DNA of 62,510 nt, filler included. It is 7 parts of 7 records of this genome, joined end to end, with 100 filler letters (N's around TTAATTAATTAA, not from the genome) between each part and the next. Parts side by side here need not be neighbours in the genome. Positions count along the whole stretch, not along the records: positions 50,312 to 55,902 come from SRR31156797_70877; positions 56,003 to 62,510 come from SRR31156797_70885; 5 more parts are not named here. One strand, given 5' to 3'. Both the position numbers and the translations under genes were made by a program. Positions within the stretch are counted from its first letter, which is position 1. Each line of letters begins with the position of its first letter. Shown here piece by piece: positions 50,312 through 61,210 of this stretch. The notes beneath the pieces are model-generated. The model was not told the DNA's origin. It worked only from the letters and a program-made list of their open reading frames with translations, and searched no databases.

Positions 50312-53300
50312 GAAAAAAGTACAGGCATCTGAACACGTTGTCTCATAATCCAGAACTGCAGTTCCAACAGCAACATTGCCATTTCCGTGATCTCCGTCTC
50401 CATCATCACAGTATTCTTCTCCGGACTTTCCAGTCACATGAGTCATAATTTCAGCTTCAGATAAAGCTCTAGCTGAAATAGCGACCTCATCAATCAGTCC
50501 TCTAAACTGCCTTGCTGTACTTTGAGCTCCAATGATCGTGGAAGTAGCAGCTCTACCTGTTCCGGTAACGGCAATTGTTCTTCTTAATGTTCCATTTGTA
50601 TAGAGTTTAAGCTCTGTTGCAGTCCATACTGCTGCAACATGAGTCCATGACATTAACGGTACAAGACCTGCAGCTGTTGAATGATATCCTGCAGGGGACT
50701 TATCATACCAGTATGCTCTTAATGACCCATTGTTATAAACACTTAGATAATATGCAGGGTTTCCAAGAATAACAGTTGCATAGTCAGCTGCATAGCTAGT
50801 AGGGAATACCCATGCTTCAAGAGTCAGATCTGTCGTTGCAAGAACTCCAGGCCCTGTAACTCTTTCTAAGCTAGGTTGACTGGAGTGATCGACGAACATG
50901 CCTCTTCCATTCTTACCATAAGCTCTAATAACGTTTGCAGCCACACCGTTTCTTCCATTACCCGAATGGTCAAGAACTGAAGACCCTGACGTTTCATCGA
51001 ATCTGTAGTACAAGTCTGTACTGACAGACGGATCTCTACCATCATCTACGTTAGCATCTCCACAGTAGCGACCATAAATACAGTCACCAGGACAGTCACC
51101 AACATTGGTATAACAGCAACTGTAGATCTTACTCACGGAGTAATCAGTAAAGTTACCTGTACCAAGATCACATTCTTCATGAGTTGACTGCAGAACAGCA
51201 TCGCCACATTCAACATAACCTGTACAGCTGTTGTTACAGAAACCGTAGGCACCATTACTTAGACCATCATCACAAACCTCAGGACCTGTTGTGAGACCAT
51301 CGCCTCCAGGGCCATCTATTCTTCCATCTCCACATCTCGGCTTTGCCTGACAATCTGTCTGACACTTACCGTAAACACCATTCTGATTTGCTCCGCCATC
51401 ATCACAAACCTCATAGGTTGACTGAAGAATGTTGTCACCACAATACGGCGCAATATCATCACAGAGAGAACTACATCCTGCATCTAAATTATGTTCTGCA
51501 AGTGTAAGCCATTTTCCATTGTCAGTACCGACATCACAGATCTCATTCGCACCGGTAATTCCATCAACACATGAAGGTATCCCGCCACAAACTTCGTTTT
51601 GAATTATACTGTCACCACAGTGAGGGCCATCGCCATCACAAGAGGTGTTACAACATGGTCCGGGGATACACTGGTTTTCATAATATCCATTCTTTGAACC
51701 ATCATCACATGTTTCATCAGCACCAGGACCTGTGTTAAAAATATATCCGTCACCACAGACATTGAGCTGACAATTAGTAAGACAGGCATTATTATTACTG
51801 GCATCACCATCATCACAGGCTTCTTCTGACGCATCAGTGTAACCGTCACCACAGTGAGGAACAGTAAGGATCTCTTCCTGACAGATCTCGTTACAAATAG
51901 TACAGGACTCTGTTCCTGTTCCGTATCCGGGACATCTCTTTGATCCCAACTCAGGAGATTTACACGTTCCAGCCGTGATCACCCAATATCCAGGACCACA
52001 GTCACAATTCTCATCAGGAGAATCTATAGTTGTATCTCCACAGTGAGGAGAATAGCCTGCAGATAAATTACATGAACTGTCACAGACGATACATGAAGTA
52101 TTGTATGCGCATTCTTCAGTAATAACATTACCGTCATCACACATTTCTGAGCCAGTAACATGATTATCACCACAAAGATCACTTATTACAAAGATCTCCC
52201 TTTTAGGCACCAACTCACTCTTAGGCTTAAAAGCACTTCCCCATTCTTTTGCCCATGCCGTTACATAATAAGGAGGTTGATGTGCACTATCACTGTTAAT
52301 AGCATTTCTCATCTTTTTAACAATGTCATTAGACGTATCATTAAAATCAAGTTCATATGCATGCTCTGTTGTTTGAGCAGTATTACTACAGTTTGAATTG
52401 ATCTTAAACTCAGTAATTGATCCCGGAGCAGGGAAAACATCTGTATCACCATACTCCCAACCATACCTGAAAGTCTTAAGTGTTGTACCACCGTAAGCCA
52501 CAAAATTCGACAGCTTAAGAACAGACTTGATATTTCCCGGATTATTGACCGGGTCTTCTGAGTAGAAAAGCTCAAAATAAATCTCAATCTCCTGATCAAC
52601 CTTACTCTTATCACATGCCCAGCCTGAAAAGATCCTCTCCTCAGCAGGTCGCTTAGCATCAAGTTCACCGAAAACCGAAACACCTGTTACACAAATAGTT
52701 CTGTATGACGTGCTGTTTGTGCCGTCATAATCATATTTAAGAGCTCTGTATGAACGACCGTCCATCATGTTTACGCCCCATGCAAACTCTTCTGTCCCGT
52801 AAACTGTAGTTGAACTCCAGTACCAGTTATTTCTTGCACAGACGTTGTCCTCATTACAAATATATTTAGGGTATGTACAGTCCGTCTCCTGAGTCGGCTG
52901 CGTACATGCTCCGCCTTCACCTGATGTATCAGTAATATATGAAACCCAGTCTGCTGATGTAGCAGGATCAAAAAGGTTAAAGTCAACTACTGAGTAAAGC
53001 TGGTTAATATTTGGAAGTGACCAACCATCAACAACAGTTCCACCACTTCCGGGAATTGTATATGTAAAATTTTCACAGTACAAAATAGCATCAGCCCAGC
53101 TTTCTTTTGTAACATTATCATCATAAAAAACTGTCTGAGTTTCCGCATCAAAAACCGATCCTGTCCAAGTATCGCCATTACTATCCTCATACTCATCAAA
53201 GCGATCACCCGGATCGTATGTCATCTGATAAGTAATATCCGCAGTCTTTCCGGCAGGATTTGAACAGTCATGACCGGAAACAAGAAGCTCAACGGTCATA

Positions 53301-54613
53301 TCTTCCATTGCATTAAAAGCGATCTGCTGTATATGAGATCCCTGCACCTGTGTGCTCTGCTTCAAAACCTCACCATAACATGCAGACCCGACTTCCTTTC
53401 TAAGAGTTAGTAATCCAGTAAATTTTGACCCTGAATCCGCAGCAACAGATCTAAAAAGATACTGACCACCCTTTTCAAGGTTGAATTTAAAATAATCACC
53501 ATTATTTACGCCATTCTGTGCATTTATAGAGGTATCTATAGATATTGTACCCTTATTACTTTGACATTCATTACAATCATAACGCTGCCATTCAAGTGAA
53601 CTCACCGCACAGTGGCCATAAGGATCTGTGGGATTCTGACTCTTTCCACAGGCAACACAACTATATTGGTTTAAAAGAACCGTAACGTATCCATAAAAAT
53701 CGGCCTTCCACTCCAGTACTGTCTGCTTTGTTCCCGAAAGACAATTTCCTACTTCCGGGGAGTCATCAGAGTATTCAAGAAACTGACCGCAAGTTCCGGC
53801 AGTTGCCAATCCGCGATAAAGTGTTAGCTGAGTATCAAAACTGTCATCACTACATGTTGACCATCTGTAGATCTTACCTTTATCAACTGAAAATGTCTGA
53901 AATTCACCTGCTTTTATATCATTATTTGCTGTAAGCGTCCATGAAGGAGCATCAACTGGATTTACAAAAGAAGGAGCTGGAGTTCCAGGAGGGTCAGTTG
54001 TCGTTGGGTAAGAATAAGAACAATCAGAACAATGTGAAGAGTCTATTCTCTGCCATTTAACTGAAGTCGTCATACAGTTCAACCCGTCAAGATCACAGGA
54101 AGTTGTACAATCATAGTTATTTACAAGAAGGAAAACAGTTCCATTAAAATCCGCTTTCCACTCAATTACAGACTGATTTCTGAACAATCCGTTTCTGTTA
54201 TAGGAAAGAACTTCTCCGGTATCACTACATGTTCCTCTAAGAAGTGTAAGCTGAGTGTCATATGCAAGCTCACAAGTCTTACTTCCTACAAGACCTTCAC
54301 AGGAAAGTCCCGTCACACAGTCACCATCATCAGCACACGGGTTATCAAGACCGATGCTGTCATCTTCAGCACCATAAGTAGTCCATCTGTAGATCTCACC
54401 CTTAACAACATTAAAAAGCATGTAGTCACGACCTTCAACGCTGTTGGATTGAACTGTTGTCCATTCCGGATTATAGGCCGGTCTGGCATAACTCAATGTG
54501 TTTAACGGGCCGTCAGAAGTACAGTTTGAACATTGAGCACTGACTGTCTGCCAAGTTAAAATTATTAAAAGGAAACAGAGAGTTAAAAGTGTTGTTATTT
54601 TATTTATTCTCAT
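50312..54613 (-). CDS. Giant secreted Cys-rich protein (N-terminal repeats, DUF1566-like domain, CGD..ExCDDG repeats, LamG-like domain), 3' truncated
   Basis: Signal peptide; DTQLTL..EWKADF repeats; WSLPNINQLYSVVD..YWSST..AWGVNM; many CGD/ExCDDG units; YRFDE..TLEAWV..WTHVAAVW..FRGLIDEV. Confidence 0.85.
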
Positions 54614-54624
54614 GAAATCCTCCC

Positions 54625-55311
54625 TTAATTTACTTTTACACAACGAACGTTGTAGAGATTGTCCCTTGAGGTATACTCTACAAATCCGTCATAAAAATTA
54701 ATAATCCAGGAAGACTCTAGTCCCAGCCCTATATTATCAAAGCCGACAGCTTTTGCTCCCCAGAACCATTCTGAAGGAGTATCTGGAAAAGCCGCTGTAT
54801 CTATAGCTGGATCGGCAGTTCCGTAATTAACAAGAGATTTTATCTCATGCGTATCCGGAATTCTCCATTTATCACTATTGAGAGTTAGTGTCTTGCAGTA
54901 GTTCTCTGCACCATACCAGGTGACATCTTCTTTGAATCCGACCTGCCATGTCAAACCCGTAACAAGGTCCAGCACAGTACCATCACCATTATCAAAATAA
55001 TCTCTCAGGCCGTATTGGTATGATCCATCCTGACCGTAAAAACCCTCTCCGGTTTCAGGGCACAGAATCTCACCTGACTCATCATAACATTTATTCTGAC
55101 CAGTACTTGGGGTCTGCCAAGTCTGAACATTTTTGTTAATGCGGTTTGTTAAGGTACTTGGTCCTTCGTTCTGACCATCATCCGGAATTTCAGCAGAAGA
55201 ACTGCTGTCATCCAGTCCTGATTCGAAGAGATCGCTCCCTCCATCACAGCTGATCAGACCTAAACTCAGCATTAACACTGTTAAGGTCACCATTAAATTT
55301 TTAACTCTCAT
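54625..55311 (-). CDS. DUF1566 (Lcl-type) domain lipoprotein
   Basis: Lipobox LISC; TGQNKCYD, DNGDGTVLDLVTGLTWQ, WRIPDTHEIKSLV, VRCV. Confidence 0.88.
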   Translation of the reverse strand: MRVKNLMVTLTVLMLSLGLISCDGGSDLFESGLDDSSSSAEIPDDGQNEGPSTLTNRINKNVQTWQTPSTGQNKCYDESGEILCPETGEGFYGQDGSYQYGLRDYFDNGDGTVLDLVTGLTWQVGFKEDVTWYGAENYCKTLTLNSDKWRIPDTHEIKSLVNYGTADPAIDTAAFPDTPSEWFWGAKAVGFDNIGLGLESSWIINFYDGFVEYTSRDNLYNVRCVKVN

Positions 55312-55331
55312 GTCGGCCTCCAATATCTTCT

Positions 55332-55718
55332 TTAGATACAACTCGGTTTTTCCTGACCGGCAACAATAGTGCAGGTCAAATTCATATTACCTGAATCACA
55401 GGCTGTTCCAGCTAATTCATAACAAACATAAGCTGTTGCTAAGTAAGCTGTGGTGTCTCCAGTGATATCAATTTTAAAATGATCACCTGTGATATTGACA
55501 CCATAAAAATCTTCAAGATCAGCTTCAGTCACTGTGTATTTTCTATAGCTATTAAAATGATCTTCCTGAACTGTTGCCACATTCATAAGCTCCTGTTCTG
55601 CCTCAGACCTGATAGCTCTATTTTTGTAAGAGCTGTAACCAGGAATAGCTACTGCGGCAAGAATAGCAATAATTGCAAGAACTACCATCATCTCTATTAG
55701 TGAAAATCCTTTCATCAT
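55332..55718 (-). CDS. Type IV pilin (PilE-like minor pilin)
   Basis: Class III signal KG/FSLIEMMVVLAIIAILAAVAIPGY; C-terminal cysteines. Confidence 0.92.
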   Translation of the reverse strand: MMKGFSLIEMMVVLAIIAILAAVAIPGYSSYKNRAIRSEAEQELMNVATVQEDHFNSYRKYTVTEADLEDFYGVNITGDHFKIDITGDTTAYLATAYVCYELAGTACDSGNMNLTCTIVAGQEKPSCI

Positions 55719-55728
55719 TTTCTCCCTA

Positions 55729-55902
55729 TTACTTACAAACATCATCTAAAGATGGACTCTGCGCCATACTGGAAACATCTGTTGATTTATTACCTGTCTC
55801 CTTATGCAGTCTCATAAAGTTACTTGACTCACTTGTTCCAAGCACTGAACCGAAATAGATCCAGCATTCATTATAAGTATCTGCAATATGAGGGTTCACA
55901 TC
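55729..55902 (-). CDS. C-terminus of an unknown protein, 5' truncated
   Basis: Open frame from the contig edge (DVNPHIADTYNECWIYFG...DDVCK*) ending just before the pilin RBS. Confidence 0.5.
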   Translation of the reverse strand, partial: DVNPHIADTYNECWIYFGSVLGTSESSNFMRLHKETGNKSTDVSSMAQSPSLDDVCK

Positions 55903-56002
55903 NNNNNNNNNNNNNNNNNNNNNNNNNNNNNNNNNNNNNNNNNNNNTTAATTAATTAANNNNNNNNNNNNNNNNNNNNNNNNNNNNNNNNNNNNNNNNNN
56001 NN
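55903..56002. other. Artificial contig linker
   Basis: N-run + TTAATTAATTAA + N-run. Confidence 0.99.
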
Positions 56003-56446
56003 CACGCTATACGTGGCTTCGTGGTATTCCCTGGCCATGTCTTCGGTCAGACTTTCATAAAGCCCGAGCACCTTGGGCGGCTCTTCTGAAGTAAGAATGC
56101 CGCCCAGGTCTTTCCATTGCTCGAAATCCCAGCCTGAAAACAGCAGCCAGGGACCGATATAGGTCACTTTTCCCTGCACCAGGAACCTTTCAACGTCCGG
56201 AGAATTCCTGTACGCGGTCCCGTTTTTTTCCATCAAGCCGAGGGCGGCGCAGGCCACGGTCAGGCGCTCGGCATTAAGTACGCTCAACTCCGTTGCTTCG
56301 GCGATTGCGGAAAAGTCGGCCGCTCCTTCGGACACCTTGGTGAACAGATCGACCTGTATGGCCGCCCTTAGAGCGGCGGATGCCTTGTGGCTGTAGCTCA
56401 GATCCTGCAGGCGGACGGTGTTTGGTTTCTTTTTCTGCTCGCTCAT
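56003..56446 (-). CDS. O-methyltransferase-type protein, N-terminal dimerisation domain, 3' truncated
   Basis: SAALRAAIQVDLFT, RLTVACAALGL, YRNSPDVERFL. Confidence 0.8.
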
Positions 56447-56563
56447 GATTTCCTCCATGTTTCGGTTCCGGATTTACCTTTGGCTGTTCCACGCAGTGGG
56501 GCAGCGGACAAAGCATTTTCAATTCCAGGGCCGATGTTTGTCTGTCAATATTCGCTTGCCGGT

Positions 56564-58153
56564 CTATTCTCCTGTTTCCACATACTGGGATTTTAAAACC
56601 GATTTCATTATTTTGCCCACCGGGGTCAAGGGAAGCTGATCTTTGAAGACTATCTGTTTGGGCACTTTGTAATCGGCCAGATGCTCCTTGCAGTAGTCCT
56701 TTATTTCTTCCACCGTTGGTTCGGTTCCGGGTTGGGGCACAATATAATAACGTCCTATTTCACCCAGCACTGGGTCGGAAATGCCAATGCCCGCGGCCAT
56801 GAAAACCTTGGGATGCTTGGTCAGGAGGTTTTCGATTTCCGCAGGGTATACATTGAAGCCGCCCTGAACCCACATTTCCTTGATGCGGCCCATCAGGGTT
56901 ATGTAACCGTCCGGGTCGAGGTAGCCCAGGTCTCCGGTGTGGAGCCAGCCGTCGGCGTCAAAGCATTCCGCGGTTTCTTCAGGCATCCTGAAATACCCGG
57001 CGGCAATGGCGTCGCCCTTGAAATGCAGTTCTCCGGTTTCCCCGGCCGGCATTTCTTCCTTGGTATTGACGTCCACAACCTTGACCTGGAAGTCGCCAGT
57101 GGTTTTGCCGATGCAGCGAACCGTGTGATCGAAATCGCTGTCCCAGGGGCTCATGACTATACCGCCGGAAGACTCGGAGAGGCCGTAAAGGTTCATGATA
57201 TTTGCGTTGGGGAAATGCTCCATTAGCGCGGTCAACAGGCCGGGCTCGGAATTTGAGCCTCCGGTGAACACCAGCTTGACCTTGTCCTTGTCCTCCCAAG
57301 TGGCGAATTTTTCATTCAGCATCAACAGGGCGTGCATGGTCGGCACGCCCGGTACGATGGTGCATTTGTATTCCTTGAAAACGTCTATGACATATCCGGG
57401 ATCGAACATGGGAATCAAAACGCAGGTTCCCCTGCCCAAAAGCGATGCCGTGGCCCCGCAGGTTATGCCGCCCACATGGTTGAAAGGCAGGGCCAGGGGG
57501 AAGACGTCGTCAGGATCAATTTTGGTATGTTCGGCTTGGGCTCTGGCTGACGCAAGCTGGCTTTTGTGGGTCACGGCCGCGCCTTTTGGTTTACCGGTTG
57601 TGCCGGAGGTATAGATTATCATCAAAAGGTCATCCGGTTGAACCTGGGCTTTGGCTTTATCCAGCGCGTCCTTGTCCACGGGGGCGTTGAGCAGGTCTTC
57701 ATAACCTCGGCTGCCCGGGAAGCCTTCGCCCCCCAGGAAAATATAATCCTTGACCGAGGGAACTTTGTCACGGAAGCCTTGAAAGAATTCCACGTAGTTC
57801 ATATCTCCGGCTTCGGGCAGGGAGATAACCGCTCTGGTTTCGCTTTGGTTAAGGATGTAATCCAGTTCCATTTCCCTGTAGCGGACGTTCAAGCCTGTAA
57901 TGGTCGCGCCGATTTTAGCCGCGGCATGGTAAGTGTAGAGCCACTCGGGTTGGTTCAGGGCGATTATCCCGAGCCTGTCCCCCTTTTGGAATCCCATGGC
58001 CAGCAGCCCTGAGGCCACCCGGTCCGATACTTCATCGACCTGTTTGTAAGAAATGGGAACTCCCTGGTAAATCCAGGCGGGTTTGTCCGGCGACGTGCGT
58101 ACTGCATCGTCAAGGGCTTTCCAGTAAACCTGGGCCTTTGAAATTTCCACCAT
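56564..58153 (-). CDS. AMP-forming acyl-CoA synthetase (ANL family)
   Basis: IIYTSGTTGKPKG, YGLSE, GWLHTGDLG, GFNVYPAEIE, VGKIMK. Confidence 0.95.
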   Translation of the reverse strand: MVEISKAQVYWKALDDAVRTSPDKPAWIYQGVPISYKQVDEVSDRVASGLLAMGFQKGDRLGIIALNQPEWLYTYHAAAKIGATITGLNVRYREMELDYILNQSETRAVISLPEAGDMNYVEFFQGFRDKVPSVKDYIFLGGEGFPGSRGYEDLLNAPVDKDALDKAKAQVQPDDLLMIIYTSGTTGKPKGAAVTHKSQLASARAQAEHTKIDPDDVFPLALPFNHVGGITCGATASLLGRGTCVLIPMFDPGYVIDVFKEYKCTIVPGVPTMHALLMLNEKFATWEDKDKVKLVFTGGSNSEPGLLTALMEHFPNANIMNLYGLSESSGGIVMSPWDSDFDHTVRCIGKTTGDFQVKVVDVNTKEEMPAGETGELHFKGDAIAAGYFRMPEETAECFDADGWLHTGDLGYLDPDGYITLMGRIKEMWVQGGFNVYPAEIENLLTKHPKVFMAAGIGISDPVLGEIGRYYIVPQPGTEPTVEEIKDYCKEHLADYKVPKQIVFKDQLPLTPVGKIMKSVLKSQYVETGE

Positions 58154-58342
58154 ACTATACCTCCTGACCGGTTAAATTAATGCTACCCTTTCGCGGGGCA
58201 TTTTATGAACCATTCAAATAGTGTCATGTCCCGGAAATAACCTGGTTGGGTTGCTCCGCGCGAATCCAACCCGGGTAATTGCTTGTGCGCAATTACATAA
58301 GATTTTCGGGACGCAATATGTCAGGAAGATCCGGCCTCTCAA

Positions 58343-59413
58343 TCACTCAACAATCGAACGAAGTTTTTTCAGTATGGGGCCTGCGTCATTAACCATTCCT
58401 TCTATGATCTCCCGACAGGTTGGTATATCTTTAATTAGCGCGGACCCTTGTCCGGCTGTTATGGTGTTGTTTTCAATATCGCCATGGATAAAAGCGGCCA
58501 CGGTCCTGTTGCTTTCGGGGTTTTCCTCATTTTCGGCCAGTCTGGAAAAAATCTGATCCACGGTTAAGGGGCCGTCGATTTCCACCATAAGCTGCTCGAG
58601 GAAGTCGTTAATGACGAGCCTGACCGAGCCGCGCCTTTCCTCTACAAAGCCCCTGTCGCCGACTCCGTCTCCCTGTTTCAAGACCGGGCTGCCGTGCCTT
58701 ACGGCAATAGTGCCTGTGTCGCCGGCTTTTAAAATGGCCTGCTTGACGTTGTCGTGGGTGGGGCACTCCTGGCAGGCCATGAAGCGAGTGCCCATGTAAA
58801 TTCCGTCTGCCCCAAGGGACAAGGCGGCCATAAGCCCCCTGGCTTCCACGATACCGCCGCCGGCTACGACCGGTATGTTTACGGCGTCGGCGGCCTGGGG
58901 GACGAGCGACAGGGTGGTCAACTGGTCAAAGCCGCTGTGTCCTCCGCCTTCTGTCCCGGATACGATAACCGCGTCAACTCCGGCCTGTTCGGATTTGGCG
59001 GCGTGTCTGACCGTCGAACATACCTGGATCACTTTGATACCGGCGTCTTTTAAGCGCTGGGTGTAAACCATGGGGCTGCCCTGGGATACAACGGCGACCG
59101 GGGCTTTTTCTTCCAGGCCTATTTCCACGCAACGGTCGCTGAAATCGCGGTCCCAGCCGATGGCGCCCACAACGTAATTGACGGCAAAAGGCTTGTCCGT
59201 GAGCTCTCGACATTTTCTGATTTGGGCTCGAAGGCGGTCGCCGGTTTCCTTTACGTCGCTGGTGACGGTGCTGAACCCGGCATTGGGACCGATCGTTCCA
59301 AGCCCGCCGGCATTGGAAACGGCAGAGGCCAGGACGGCGTCGGTTATCCAGGCCATGGAAGCCTGAATGATTGGATATTCTATTCCCAGCAATTCGGTAA
59401 TTCTGCTTTTCAT
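58343..59413 (-). CDS. Nitronate monooxygenase / FabK-like FMN enoyl reductase family protein
   Basis: IEYPIIQASM, AVSNAGGLG, EGGGH, PVVAGGGI, MGTRF, AGQ. Confidence 0.9.
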   Translation of the reverse strand: MKSRITELLGIEYPIIQASMAWITDAVLASAVSNAGGLGTIGPNAGFSTVTSDVKETGDRLRAQIRKCRELTDKPFAVNYVVGAIGWDRDFSDRCVEIGLEEKAPVAVVSQGSPMVYTQRLKDAGIKVIQVCSTVRHAAKSEQAGVDAVIVSGTEGGGHSGFDQLTTLSLVPQAADAVNIPVVAGGGIVEARGLMAALSLGADGIYMGTRFMACQECPTHDNVKQAILKAGDTGTIAVRHGSPVLKQGDGVGDRGFVEERRGSVRLVINDFLEQLMVEIDGPLTVDQIFSRLAENEENPESNRTVAAFIHGDIENNTITAGQGSALIKDIPTCREIIEGMVNDAGPILKKLRSIVE

Positions 59414-59859
59414 CTGTTCACCCTCATATTCGGCTCTCTATGAAAGCCGTTGTAGGCCTAAAGGTTGTCACGTTCAATCAACTGATATTACACCTGAAAT
59501 AATCCTGGATGATTCTAAATTTGTGCATTCGGCGTTAAAGCTTAATTCAACAACCTGATAACGAACCTCTGAATCCTCGGGCGGCCCGGCATCGTTTTTT
59601 TCATATTTGAACTGACGGTGATTGCGAAAATAAACATAGCAGTGATTATATTATAAAGCAAGTTCTTAATTTGAATTAATGCGTTCTTTATATTGAAACC
59701 TTTGAGATAACATTAATAATATTAAATAAAACAATAAATTAAAGCTGTTTGATCGATTGGCCAAAGCAGATTTTTACGTGTAAAAATGCATCCTGAAACC
59801 CGCCGGAGGACATCGGTCGATAATTCAATTCATTATTAAAATAATGTCGAGCATATTTA

Positions 59860-59910
59860 TTGACACATGGCAGGATAAAGGATAATATGGCGCTCAATCA
59901 ACCGATATTA
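59860..59910 (+). promoter_or_regulatory. Sigma70 promoter followed by candidate operator
   Basis: TTGACA-17-TAATAT (59860-59888), then TCAATCAACCGATATTA (59894-59910), which recurs with one mismatch at 59474-59490. Confidence 0.55.
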
Positions 59911-60197
59911 AACTGAATCAATATATTGAATTCTTATAAAGACGGGAAGAGCGCAACTGATTTCCGGATGAATGATTTGTAAACGAGGCCTGATTCTCGG
60001 GCTTGACCGGCTTGTTGACGCTTTAATCGGGATTTGACTGAGATCTCGACGCGGGACGGCGTTCTGCGGTGATTTGCGCGAGATGACTTACCCCTTTTGG
60101 GGCGGTGTCGAAATCTGTTTGGGTTTTGGATCGGCAATCACCGGGCCGGCGCCCCGCGGATTCTTGCGCGTATGATATTAAATTGGGAGGAATTAAC

Positions 60198-60986
60198 ATG
60201 AATCATTATGAGACCCTGCTGGTTGAAGAGGCTGGAGAGATTTTGACCGTCACTCTGAATCGGCCTCCGCTGAATTTATTTAATCCGCAAATGATGGAAG
60301 ATTTGATCGACGTCTGGCATTCCTTGCGGAACAAGCCGTCGATAAGGTTTGTCATATTAACTGCGGGTGGAGATCATTTTTCCGCGGGAATGGATCTTAA
60401 AAGCGCCGAGTTGGGCGACTTCACCGCGGAGACGGCCAGGACGGGCCAACTGGCGGGGCACGAACTGATGCGGAGCCTTGAGAGCCTGGAACAGGTGACC
60501 GTGGCCGCGCTCAGGGGCGTGGTGTGCGGAGCCGGCATGGCCGTGGCCATGGCCTGCGATTTCAGGATAATGACGGAAAACAGTTACTATCTCGTTCCGG
60601 AGACGCTGGTCGGGACCTATTTTACCTGGGGGTGTACGCCCAGGCTGGTCCGCATGGTCGGCGCATCAAAAGCCATGGAGATTGTAATGACCTGCGATCC
60701 TATTAACGCAAGGGAATCGGAAAGGTTGAACCTGGCCAACAAGGTGGTTGAAAATGATGGGCTGATGGATGCAACCCATGAATTTATAAATAAGATCGCC
60801 TCCAATAGTCCTACCTGCGTCCGGTTGACCAAGAAAATCGCCTTGGGGGCTTCCATGGAGGGATTCGGAAACACTTTTGTTGTTGAACCGGAATTGATGC
60901 AGATACTGGCCTATAGCGGGGAAACAGTGGAAGGCGTTTCTTCATTCCTGCAAAAAAAGCCGCCCGAGTTCAAGGTGAAAATATAA
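60198..60986 (+). CDS. Enoyl-CoA hydratase/isomerase (crotonase) family protein
   Basis: TLNRP, FSAGMDL, GAGMAVAMACDFR, PETLVG; start after GGGAGG. Confidence 0.93.
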   Translation: MNHYETLLVEEAGEILTVTLNRPPLNLFNPQMMEDLIDVWHSLRNKPSIRFVILTAGGDHFSAGMDLKSAELGDFTAETARTGQLAGHELMRSLESLEQVTVAALRGVVCGAGMAVAMACDFRIMTENSYYLVPETLVGTYFTWGCTPRLVRMVGASKAMEIVMTCDPINARESERLNLANKVVENDGLMDATHEFINKIASNSPTCVRLTKKIALGASMEGFGNTFVVEPELMQILAYSGETVEGVSSFLQKKPPEFKVKI

Positions 60987-61146
60987 AGGACTGTCGGTAG
61001 GAGGCTTGTCAAAGGTTTTGGCTTCATGGTGCGGCTCTGAATTAAGAACGATTGATCATGTTTTATATTTGTAGATATATCAATTAAATAGATCTTGTTG
61101 GATGATGAAATTGGGATTTGATTTTTGTAGTGTGGAGAAAAAAAGC

Positions 61147-61205
61147 TTGATTTAAATTTTTATTTAACGATAGAATGATTCACTGATTAATTCAAAATGA
61201 ATCAT
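61147..61205 (+). promoter_or_regulatory. Promoter and inverted-repeat operator of the tetR gene
   Basis: TTGATT-18-TAGAAT; ATGATTCA-N15-TGAATCAT immediately downstream. Confidence 0.5.
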
Positions 61206-61210
61206 AATAT

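Noticed and set aside
52690-54760. Diversity-generating retroelement targeting the DUF1566 domains
   Set aside because: No reverse transcriptase and no adenine-variant template repeat are visible in this contig; a remote element cannot be excluded.
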